Assembly: GCA_012515455.1 (NCBI GenBank)
Contig: JAAYYJ010000293.1
Span: 1 to 36,872 of the forward strand
DNA length: 36,872 nt
Reading direction: 5' to 3'
Source: Oligosphaeraceae bacterium
GTDB taxonomy: Bacteria > Verrucomicrobiota > Lentisphaeria > Oligosphaerales > Oligosphaeraceae
The notes under the pieces are model-generated. The model searched no databases, was not told the DNA's origin, and was given only the letters and a program-made list of their open reading frames with translations. Shown one piece after another: positions 9,409-17,725 of the stretch (its first letter is position 1; the number at the start of each line of letters is the position of its first letter). The position numbers and the translations under genes were made by a program.

Positions 9409-12400
9409 TCAGTTCGCCAGGCGGCTGATTTCCGCCAGGTATTTCCCGCCACTGAACAGCGTTTTGTAACGTTTGACCATCTCGTTGACCTTCTCCTGCT
9501 CGCCCGCCAATGAGTACAGCTTCGCGCTGCCCACCAGTGCCCGTTCGATTAACTCCCGGTTCTCCGGAATCTTCGGGTCAGCCAGCAGGACAATCTGATA
9601 GTTGGACAGAGCAGCATTGCGCTTGCTCGGGTCATTGCTCTTCAGAATCGCATCAGCATAGAGACAGGAAGCCTGGTTGCGCATCAGGGGCGAGGTGGCG
9701 AACATCATCACGTCATAGAGGTCCTGCTCCAGGCCCGCCCAGTCCGGCGGATCGATGTTCGCTTTGGCTTCAGCCAGAATGAATTTGATCTCGAAAAAGA
9801 AATTACTGCGTTCATTCGCGGCCAGGATGCCCTCCAGAATTTTAATGGCCTCGGCATAGCGTTTGTTGCTGGCCAGGCTTTGCCCCAGGGCGAAGCTGGC
9901 GCGCTCCTTCTGCCCGCGGGTGATGGCAGGAGCATCGGGATGCTTCGGGTCATCAGCACGCTTCAGAATTTCCCGGTTGGCTACGCTGGCGGGGATGGGC
10001 AGACCGGCTTTAAGGCAGATATCCGAGACATAATACAAGTTCGCCAGGGCAATCTCCTCCGGCTTGCCCAGCAGTTTCTCAAACGCTTTGGCAGCCTCTT
10101 CCAGATTGCCGTTCTCGGCTTGGGCCCGCCCCAGCATAAACAGGGCTTTCTGGGTCGCGGGGTCTTTCGGGAATTCCGCCGCCAAACGACGCAGGACATC
10201 AGAGGCCTTAACCGGATCCTCGATATCAAACAAATAAATCGAACCTAAGCGAGACATGTTCTCCGGCGCCTTGGAAGAGGGATGCTGCTGCAGAAATTTC
10301 CCAAACCCTTCCACCGCCTTGCTCTTCAGGCTGTCGAACTCTTTTTTGGTCGGTTCATTGCCGGCCGTGACTTCCTCCAGAATCTTGCTGGCGGCGGCTA
10401 TGCCGGCACGGCTGTTTTCTGCCCGCTGGGCGAGATATTCGCCGCGCACTGCAATCTTCTCGCTCAGCAGTTTCTTGCGCGCGTCCTCAGCTTGGAAAGC
10501 AGCTTCAATTGCGCGCTTTAGTTCGTCCTGGGACGTCTTACGCTCCGCAACCGCTTTTTCCAAAATCCCGCCATAGACGCGGTTCAGGGACAGAGTTTTG
10601 CCGGCGGCGAGCTGCTCCGCCTCTACAATCTGCGCCTCGATTTTGGCCAGCGCGAGATCATTTTTCACCCGCAAGGCCTCGGCCTCGGCGGCAGTAACGT
10701 CCTCGGCCAGCTCAACCACCGCCCGCTCGAGGTTGCGGATTTCCGCCTGGGTCTGCTCGCTGCTGGCCTCCTTCTGGCGCACAAACGCGGCCTGGAAGAG
10801 CTCATTCATCTTCGTCGCCGCTTCGGCCAGCTGGTCGAGTTCCTTCTGCAGGTTTTCCTTCTCCTTGCCCTTGGCATCATCGACCCGGCTCTCCATCTGT
10901 GACTTCAACTCCTGCGCGGCCTGGCGTTCTGAGTCCGCGAGAGTCAAAGCCTTGTCGGCATCTTCCTGAGCCTTGCGCAAAGCCACGGCCTGGGCTGCGG
11001 ACTCCTGACCGCGCTTCTTAAGCTCGGCGATGCGTTCGCTGATTTCTTTGGCTTCGTCATTCAGCCGGGCCAGGCGTTTCTCAATCTTCGCTTTCTCCTG
11101 CACCGCATCCGCAGCCCGCTTCTCCTGGGTCAGGTTGTTGCCGACTAGCTCATTTTTTTTCTGCACCTCCAAGTCGGCAATGCGCTTGATGATGCTGCTC
11201 TGCAAGGTTTGCCGGTGGACCTGCTTCTCCGCCTCGCTCATCTTAGCCATATCTTCCGACACCGCCTCAATCTGCTGCGTAGCCAGGGCAGTAAAATCCA
11301 GCAGCATCTCGGCATAGGAATTCTGCAAGGCCGCGAGATTCTCGTCCAGGCTGTTTAGACTCAGCTTTGCCTGTTCCTGCTCGGCCTGTCCCTGGGCGAT
11401 GGTCTCTTCGAAGGCCTTGATGCGATCCTGCAGGACCTTCCTGCGATTTTTGGCGACCGTCATTTCCGGGCGGTATCTCTCCGCTGCCAAATCGTAAGCC
11501 CAGGGCAGGAAGGACAGGCAGTCCTCACGCAACCGGCCCGCGACCTCGCTTTTCAGATCAAAACCGCTGTCTTTGTCGCTGAGGACTTTCTGCAGCTGCT
11601 CGAAATGCCCCACCGCATCCAGAGGATGATCGCTGTAAATCAGCAAATAGGCACCCTGGAATTTCGCCTGCAGGCGGTCGTTGGCGTAACGCGGATTCGA
11701 TTCGCTCTCGAAATAGTTCAGGAAGTACTCTATGGCCTTCTCCCGTTCCCCGACCGAATCATAGCACCAGGCCAGCTTATACTGTGAACGCACACCCGTC
11801 GGGAAAGTCCCGAAGACTTCGACCATGCGCTGATATTTGGGTATCGCCGACCGGAATGCCGCCTGGGCCTCTTCGTGGGCCTTGGCTTTGTCGCTGGCGT
11901 TAGCAGCCTGGTTGGCCCGCTCAGCCAGACGACTCGCCTGCGCGAACGCATTCTCCGCCACCGTGAAGGCAATTTCCGAAGCCTTGGGGTGGGACGGGGC
12001 GGCATCGACAAATTTATCGAAAGCGGACAGAGCCCGGCCCTCGTATTCGGTTTTCAGGGAGGGCTTCTTCTCGTTCTGGGCCTTGGTCCAAAGCATCACT
12101 CCGAAACGCAGGGCGGCATCAGCGGTGCCTTCTGCGCGGGGGGCGACCGCGCTCAAATAATCCAGGAGCGCATCAGCGCCATTGAGGTCATCCATCTCCG
12201 CCAGGCACATCACCAGGCGCAACCCCACCTCCGGGACACGTTTGCCGGTACGTCCCAGCCGCAGTGCCTCCAGGCAAGGCTGGAATGCACTCTGATAGTT
12301 CTTCTGCTGCAGGAAAGCATCCGCCTTTTCCAAGCTGGCCGAAACAATCGCGGCTGAGCCGCTTTGTTTGAGCTCCAGCTTCTCGCCGAATTTTGCTTCC

Positions 12401-13500
12401 GAGAACTTGCTGCAGGCATCGTGTTCGGTGATGGCCTGATTCTGGAAGGCGCTGTCGGGATACTCGTCGAGCAGTTTTTCCAGATATTTGGCTGCGCCCC
12501 GGATTTGCACCTTGGCCTTGTCTGTCTCGCCCTTGGCATAAGTTGTCACGGCGTGACTGGCGAAAGCAATAGCCTTGTAGTACATTGCTTCGACCAGTGG
12601 CGACTTGGGGGAATTCTCCAGCCCCTGCATCTTGGCCAGCTCCTCCAGACGCGGGGTGATCATATCAATGGCTTTGACGGCATTGGCAAAATCATCGATT
12701 TTGCCAATATCCTTGGCTTTTTCCTTTTCTTTAGGCAGCAGCGGCAGAAGCTTGCCCCGCCCGCGGATAATGTATGACCGCGCCAGCTGCACCGCACCAG
12801 CAGCAGCCACCCCGTCACGGATAAACTGCAGGTTCTCCAAACCTTTGATGGCTGCAGCCAGGGCCTTGTCATCAATCTTGCCGCTGGACTTCAGCTTATT
12901 CTCCTCGTTGTCAATGGCGGTCTGAAGCTTCAGAAATTCCATCTGCCGTTCATCGACCGCGCCCTTGATGTTGGCCAGCAACTCCAGAACCTTGGCCGCC
13001 TCGGCCGGCTTGTTCATCGATTTCAGGACGTAGTTGTAGATCATCACCGCCTGTTTGAATTTGTTGGCGTCGGATTTCTTGTTCGAAGCCGGCTGCTGAT
13101 TTTTGGCAAAATATTCTTTATAGACCTTGGCTGCCTCAGGCCATTGCTTGCGGGCGGCAAAAACCTGCGCCTGCAACAGCAGCACTTCGCCCGCCAAGGG
13201 GGAGTTCTTGGGAATAGCCTTCAAGGCGGTATCGGCGTCTTTACTGCGTCCGACGGTATAGAAAATACGGGCCTTCTCCAGATTGATCAGGTCTTTCTGC
13301 TCGGGATATTTTTTCTGCATCTGCCCGAGCTGCATCTCAGCGTAGTCATTGAATTCAATGCGGCTGAGCTCCTGCAGGAAAGTCAAATCCAGTTCGAATT
13401 CATCGATGGCCAAGAGCAGGCTGCTGCAGAACAACATCAGCACCAAGAAAAAAGACCACCGCCTGGAGGACTTTCCCGCTGTCAATATCTTATTGCCCAT
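9409..13500 (-). CDS. Giant (1363 aa) signal-anchored TPR, long coiled coil, TPR protein
   Basis: It has an N-terminal hydrophobic segment (WSFFLVLMLFCSSLLLA) and TPR-like repeats on both sides. The central E/K/Q/A-rich heptad-like segment is about 360 residues (roughly nt 10370-11460). It is the first gene of the ExbB/ExbD operon. Confidence 0.8.
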   Translation of the reverse strand: MGNKILTAGKSSRRWSFFLVLMLFCSSLLLAIDEFELDLTFLQELSRIEFNDYAEMQLGQMQKKYPEQKDLINLEKARIFYTVGRSKDADTALKAIPKNSPLAGEVLLLQAQVFAARKQWPEAAKVYKEYFAKNQQPASNKKSDANKFKQAVMIYNYVLKSMNKPAEAAKVLELLANIKGAVDERQMEFLKLQTAIDNEENKLKSSGKIDDKALAAAIKGLENLQFIRDGVAAAGAVQLARSYIIRGRGKLLPLLPKEKEKAKDIGKIDDFANAVKAIDMITPRLEELAKMQGLENSPKSPLVEAMYYKAIAFASHAVTTYAKGETDKAKVQIRGAAKYLEKLLDEYPDSAFQNQAITEHDACSKFSEAKFGEKLELKQSGSAAIVSASLEKADAFLQQKNYQSAFQPCLEALRLGRTGKRVPEVGLRLVMCLAEMDDLNGADALLDYLSAVAPRAEGTADAALRFGVMLWTKAQNEKKPSLKTEYEGRALSAFDKFVDAAPSHPKASEIAFTVAENAFAQASRLAERANQAANASDKAKAHEEAQAAFRSAIPKYQRMVEVFGTFPTGVRSQYKLAWCYDSVGEREKAIEYFLNYFESESNPRYANDRLQAKFQGAYLLIYSDHPLDAVGHFEQLQKVLSDKDSGFDLKSEVAGRLREDCLSFLPWAYDLAAERYRPEMTVAKNRRKVLQDRIKAFEETIAQGQAEQEQAKLSLNSLDENLAALQNSYAEMLLDFTALATQQIEAVSEDMAKMSEAEKQVHRQTLQSSIIKRIADLEVQKKNELVGNNLTQEKRAADAVQEKAKIEKRLARLNDEAKEISERIAELKKRGQESAAQAVALRKAQEDADKALTLADSERQAAQELKSQMESRVDDAKGKEKENLQKELDQLAEAATKMNELFQAAFVRQKEASSEQTQAEIRNLERAVVELAEDVTAAEAEALRVKNDLALAKIEAQIVEAEQLAAGKTLSLNRVYGGILEKAVAERKTSQDELKRAIEAAFQAEDARKKLLSEKIAVRGEYLAQRAENSRAGIAAASKILEEVTAGNEPTKKEFDSLKSKAVEGFGKFLQQHPSSKAPENMSRLGSIYLFDIEDPVKASDVLRRLAAEFPKDPATQKALFMLGRAQAENGNLEEAAKAFEKLLGKPEEIALANLYYVSDICLKAGLPIPASVANREILKRADDPKHPDAPAITRGQKERASFALGQSLASNKRYAEAIKILEGILAANERSNFFFEIKFILAEAKANIDPPDWAGLEQDLYDVMMFATSPLMRNQASCLYADAILKSNDPSKRNAALSNYQIVLLADPKIPENRELIERALVGSAKLYSLAGEQEKVNEMVKRYKTLFSGGKYLAEISRLAN

Positions 13501-13595
13501 CTATGCGTCCTTTGCATTATGCCAATACTGAGCCGGCAGAAAAAATGCTACGCATCGACAAACAACTCTGTGCGAGTACTGAATAACGATAGAGA

Positions 13596-13674
<79 letters not shown>

Positions 13675-14260
13675 ACTTCTTTCTCAAATTGCCAGACAGA
13701 CAGGGCCAACTCTATGCACCAACTCTGTCAGCACATATAATGTAGCTCGTCTTTCGCTAACAACAACCCCGCACAGCGAAATTTATCGCCAACAAAGCAT
13801 TTTTCGCCTTTTCTGCCACCATCTCCAGCGTGAACACCGTTGCGGCAGGAGACAAAAAACACCAACGGACATAGTATAATCATCATGGCGGAAAATGTCA
13901 AGAAAGAAAAACAAATTATCTCGCTAGGGAATCAATTATTGCCTGATTATAGCCAATACAACGCCCGCGGGCAGGACATGCCCGGGATTCCTTGTCCTTT
14001 ATTGGTCAAAGGATGGAAATTCAAAGAGTTATGGGTAAAATGCGTTTCGGCCCTTGTCGGACCCCCAAAAACAGCTACATTTTGTCCGCATCAACTCGGT
14101 GGGCTCTCAGCCCACCCTACCGAGGGGGGCCTCCAGCCCTAATATTGACGCGCGCGCGAGATGCAAATCAGGGCCGGGACCACGCGGAAACAACCCATTT
14201 TCTGCCAGGAGCGAGTCCCCGACATGGCGAGTCCCCAGGGACAGGGGGGTGCCCCGGCCA

Positions 14261-14814
14261 AGTGGTACAGATGGGGCTGCAGCGGGTCAACAGGACTGGC
14301 GGTGGCAGGGCCGCCGGTGGCACAGATGGGGCCGCAGCGGCCAACAGGACTGGCGGCGGCAGGGTCGCCGGTGGCACAGATGGGGCCGCAGCGGGATAAC
14401 AGGACTGGCGGCGCCAGGGCCGCCGGTGGTACAGATGGGGCCGCGGCGGGATAACAGGACTGGCGGCGCCAGGGCCGCCGGTGGTACAGATGGGGCCGCA
14501 ACGGGATAACAGGACTGGCGGCGCCAGGGCCGCCGGTGGCACAAATGGCGCCGCAACGGGATAACAGGACTGGCGGCGCCAGGGCCGCCGGTGGCACAAA
14601 TGGCGCCGCAATGGGTCAACAGGACTGGCGGCGGCAGGGCCGCCGGTGGCACAGATGGAGCCGCAACGGGTTAACAGGACTGGTGGCGCCAGGGACGCCG
14701 GTGGCACAGATGGGGCCGCAACGGGATAACAGGACTGGCGGCGCCAGGGCCGCCGGTGGCACAAATGGCGCCGCAATGGGTCAACAGGACTGGCGGCGGC
14801 AGAGCCGCCGTGGG
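14261..14814. repeat. Tandem array of ten head-to-tail 55-bp units (one unit is 54 bp), no spacers
   Basis: Unit starts are at 14261, 14316, 14370, 14425, 14480, 14535, 14590, 14645, 14700 and 14755. The consensus is GGTGGCACAGATGGGGCCGCARCGGGATAACAGGACTGGCGGCGCCAGGGCCGCC. ORFs are open in all frames on both strands across the array. Confidence 0.9.
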
Positions 14815-14888
14815 CGGTTGATTGGCGCCCCAGCGGCAGCAATTGCAGGCGCGGCTCGGTCGCCGCCGCTGTCCCCGGAGGATATTTT

Positions 14889-16085
14889 TCACGCCCGGGT
14901 CTGCGCCAGGATCACCGCTGCGTTGTTGCCGCCGATGCCAGCGGAATTCACCAGTGCGGTGGAGAATTCCTTGCAGCGGGGCTGGCCGGCCAGACTGTCC
15001 AGGAAGGCGCAATCGGGGTCGATTTCCTGCAGATTCAGGGTGGGCGGAATAATACCATGGCGCATCGCCAGCAAGGTGATGACGGCCTCCGCCAGACCGG
15101 CTGCGCCTAGCAGATGCCCGAGCTGGGATTTGTGGGCCGCGACGGTCAGCCCGGACAGGCGCTCTCCGAAGATGTTCCGCAGTGCGGCCGCTTCGGTCTT
15201 GTCATTCGCGACGGTGCTGGTGGCGTGGGCGCAGACATGCTCAATGTCAGCCGCGTCCAGGCCAGACTGCCGCAGAGCCTCGTGCATGACTTCCCGCGAG
15301 CCCTCGGCTTCGGGCCTGGGGGCAGTAAGATGGAAGGCGTTGTTGTTGGTGGCCGCACCGAGCAAGTACTGCGCCGGGGCAGCCGACGCAGCCCGGTCGT
15401 CCTCACGCTCCAGCAGCACCGCCGCCGCTCCTTCACTGAAGATGGTGCCCGAGCGCCGCCGGTCGAAGGGACGCATGGTATCACTGGTTATGGTGCGCAA
15501 GTTGTGCAGGCCGCACCAGCAGAACTCACTCAGGATGTCGAAGGCGATGACCAGCACCCGCGCCGCCCGGCCAGTGCGGAGGATATCCCAGCCGGCGGCC
15601 AAAGCCGCGGTCCCTGAGGCGCAGGAGAAGGACAGCTGCTGACAGCCGCCGGCACAGCCCAGCGAGCGGGCCAATCCCGGCAGGAAATCCTCCCAGTGCT
15701 GCTGTGAAGCCAGTGAGACCGCCCCGAGGTCCTGCTTCTCCCGCCAGAGCCACTCCTGGGTCTCCCAGGCTCCAAAATTGCTGGCCAGCACCAATGCCAG
15801 GGCGCTGTCCGGCCGGGCCGGAGCCCCCTCCGGCAATCCCAGGGCCTGCCGGCCGGCCTGCTTAGCCAGTGCGCCGGCTAGCTCATCCTCGGGATAAGCA
15901 TTGCGCAGAAACTCATCCTCGACTTCGGACAGCATCCCCGCCTTTTGCTGCTGATAAGGGGCCGCGGGAAATCTCCATATCGGGCGGAAGGCGTCCTGCC
16001 CGGCACACATGCGCTGGTATACCTCCTCGGGATTGCGCCCCAAGCTGCAGCACAAACCTTGACCCACAAAACGTATTTTTGCCAT
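14889..16085 (-). CDS. Beta-ketoacyl-[ACP] synthase (FabF/FabB-type condensing enzyme, Cys-His-His)
   Basis: 398 aa. The active-site Cys lies in FSCASGTAAL, with His motifs CAHATST and HKSQLGHLLGAAG. The C-terminus NSAGIGGNNAAVIL is typical of the family. AGGAG lies about 9 nt upstream. Confidence 0.85.
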   Translation of the reverse strand: MAKIRFVGQGLCCSLGRNPEEVYQRMCAGQDAFRPIWRFPAAPYQQQKAGMLSEVEDEFLRNAYPEDELAGALAKQAGRQALGLPEGAPARPDSALALVLASNFGAWETQEWLWREKQDLGAVSLASQQHWEDFLPGLARSLGCAGGCQQLSFSCASGTAALAAGWDILRTGRAARVLVIAFDILSEFCWCGLHNLRTITSDTMRPFDRRRSGTIFSEGAAAVLLEREDDRAASAAPAQYLLGAATNNNAFHLTAPRPEAEGSREVMHEALRQSGLDAADIEHVCAHATSTVANDKTEAAALRNIFGERLSGLTVAAHKSQLGHLLGAAGLAEAVITLLAMRHGIIPPTLNLQEIDPDCAFLDSLAGQPRCKEFSTALVNSAGIGGNNAAVILAQTRA

Positions 16086-16103
16086 TCTATCCGCTCCTGA
16101 CCA

Positions 16104-17378
16104 TTATTTTTGCGGTCCATCCGGACCGGCCACTTCATGCTTGCCTGGTTCTTGCGCCGGTGGCCACCAGCCGCGCCGCAACGCATCCGCTCCGAGCTGC
16201 TGGCGCAGACGATCCACCGCCTGATCGAGACAGGCGTTGCGCCGCTGCTCCTGAGCGGGCATGGCCACGCCGGGCTCATCTGCGAACAACAACTGTTGCT
16301 GCGGCCCCGGCACAGGCTCCTGCCCCGGGGCACAGAGTGCGCTGACACCAAACCCAACCAGTCGGACCGGCTCCCCGGGACTGAACTGCGACCACAGTGC
16401 TCCGGCACAATGCAGCAGCACCCGGTCCGCCTGACTGCGGGGCCGGATCGGCATCTGTCGGCTCACGGTGCGAAAATCCTGATACCGCAGTTTTACCGTT
16501 GCGGTCCCGGCCAGCAGTCCGGCCTGGCGCAGGCGTTGCCCCACGACCTCGGCCAGTCTCCACAAGGCCATGCGGACCTGTTCAGGGTCCCGGCAATCGA
16601 CTGGGAAAGTCTCCTCGTGGGAGATAGATTTCTCCTGCGCTTCCTCCGGCTGCACCGCACGGTTGTCCCAGCCGTGCGCCAGGGCCTTGATCTGCTCTCC
16701 TGAGGTATTCCCCAGCATCCGCCTCAGGGCTTCGACGCTGGTTTTCTGCAGGTCGCCAATCCGGCGCAAAGAGTATTTCGCCAGCACTTGTGCTGTCTTC
16801 GGCCCGACGCCCCAGATTTTACCCACCGGCAGCGGGGCCAGAAAGGCCTGCACCTCGGCCGGGTCCACCGGCACCACCGTGAGGCCGTCCGGCTTATGCA
16901 AATCACTGGCCAGCTTGGCCAGGAACATATTCGAAGCCACGCCGACGGAGGCGGTTAGTCCGGTGGTCGCCCTGATCCGCTCCTTCAGCTGCCGCGCTGT
17001 CTCGACTGGGTCCGCAGGCAGGCCATGGACATGGGATAGGTCCAGGAAGGCTTCGTCAATCGAGGCCGGCTGCACGCATGGGGTGAATGCCCGCAATACC
17101 CCCATGACCTGGGCCGAGAGCTCGGCGTAGCGCTCATAGCGTCCGGGAACAAAAATGCCCTGGGGGCAGAGGCGGAACGCGGTCCTTGACGGCATGGCCG
17201 AATGGACCCCGAAACGGCGCGCTTCATATGAGCAGGTGGATACCACGCCCCGCTGATCGGGAGCCGCCCCGACGATCACCGGCCGGCCCCGCCATTCGGG
17301 GTGATCCAGCTGCTCCACCGAAGCGAAGAATGCATCCAGATCGAGATGGAGAATGTGATTGCTTGCGGCTGTGTTCAT
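16104..17378 (-). CDS. dinB: DNA polymerase IV (Y-family translesion polymerase)
   Basis: 424 aa. The N-terminus ILHLDLDAFFASVEQ and the motif VVSTCSYEARRFGV are present, and a clamp-binding-like QQQLLF lies about 65 residues before the C-terminus. Confidence 0.9.
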   Translation of the reverse strand: MNTAASNHILHLDLDAFFASVEQLDHPEWRGRPVIVGAAPDQRGVVSTCSYEARRFGVHSAMPSRTAFRLCPQGIFVPGRYERYAELSAQVMGVLRAFTPCVQPASIDEAFLDLSHVHGLPADPVETARQLKERIRATTGLTASVGVASNMFLAKLASDLHKPDGLTVVPVDPAEVQAFLAPLPVGKIWGVGPKTAQVLAKYSLRRIGDLQKTSVEALRRMLGNTSGEQIKALAHGWDNRAVQPEEAQEKSISHEETFPVDCRDPEQVRMALWRLAEVVGQRLRQAGLLAGTATVKLRYQDFRTVSRQMPIRPRSQADRVLLHCAGALWSQFSPGEPVRLVGFGVSALCAPGQEPVPGPQQQLLFADEPGVAMPAQEQRRNACLDQAVDRLRQQLGADALRRGWWPPAQEPGKHEVAGPDGPQK

Positions 17379-17725
17379 GAGAAAAAGCGGCCGGGGGTCA
17401 GCAACGCCTGCAGCAGTCCGGGCAAACTCCGGTCCTGCTGCAAATATAACCGCAGTTCCGGCAATAACAATGCCCCGCAGCCATGTCCCTGGGGATTATC
17501 GGTCAACTTACTGCAGCGCCCTGGCGCCGGCACAATATTGCAGCATTACCTGGCTGAGAGGAAAAGGGTCCCTGCACCGGAAGCGGCAGGATTCCTTCTG
17601 CACCGGTCTGATTGACTGAGGCGCTGGCTTATTGTCCCTTGCGAATATATATTACCGCAAAAGGCCCTGCTCCAGATGCCTGACTGAGGCGGCAGCTGTC
17701 GGCCAAACAACAAAGGATACACGAG

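Noticed and set aside
13840-14142. 100-aa ORF (or 85 aa from the ATG at 13885) in the A/T-richer segment
   Set aside because: It has no Shine-Dalgarno, codon usage unlike the neighbouring genes, and no recognisable motif. I cannot support it as a gene, though a small foreign ORF is not excluded.
14390-14404. The motif GGGATAACAGG inside each variant-A unit matches the conserved 23S rRNA segment that forms the core of the I-SceI homing site
   Set aside because: Only about 11 nt match, with no flanking rRNA similarity and no homing endonuclease or intron nearby. It is most likely a chance match found post hoc.
14261-14814. CRISPR array interpretation of the 55-bp repeats
   Set aside because: The units abut directly, with no unique spacers. 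The whole 55 bp is the repeat, and no cas genes or leader-like organisation are in the window.
14139-14842. Protein-coding reading of the array, e.g. the 224-aa ORF at 14168-14842 and overlapping ORFs in the other frames
   Set aside because: The 55-bp period is not a multiple of 3. ORFs are open in essentially every frame on both strands because the GC-rich unit lacks stop codons. Substitutions track unit position, not codon position. The translated products are low-complexity P/A/R/C strings with no start context. It is kept only as an alternative to be excluded by proteomics.
14536-15642. 368-aa plus-strand ORF overlapping the KAS gene and the array
   Set aside because: It is antisense to a KAS with intact catalytic motifs, and its N-terminal part is just the repeat array read in one frame.
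17379-17480. LexA/SOS box upstream of dinB
   Set aside because: No CTGT-N8-ACAG, GAAC-N4-GTTC or GTTC-N7-GTTC type site could be found by eye. A lineage-specific box cannot be excluded.
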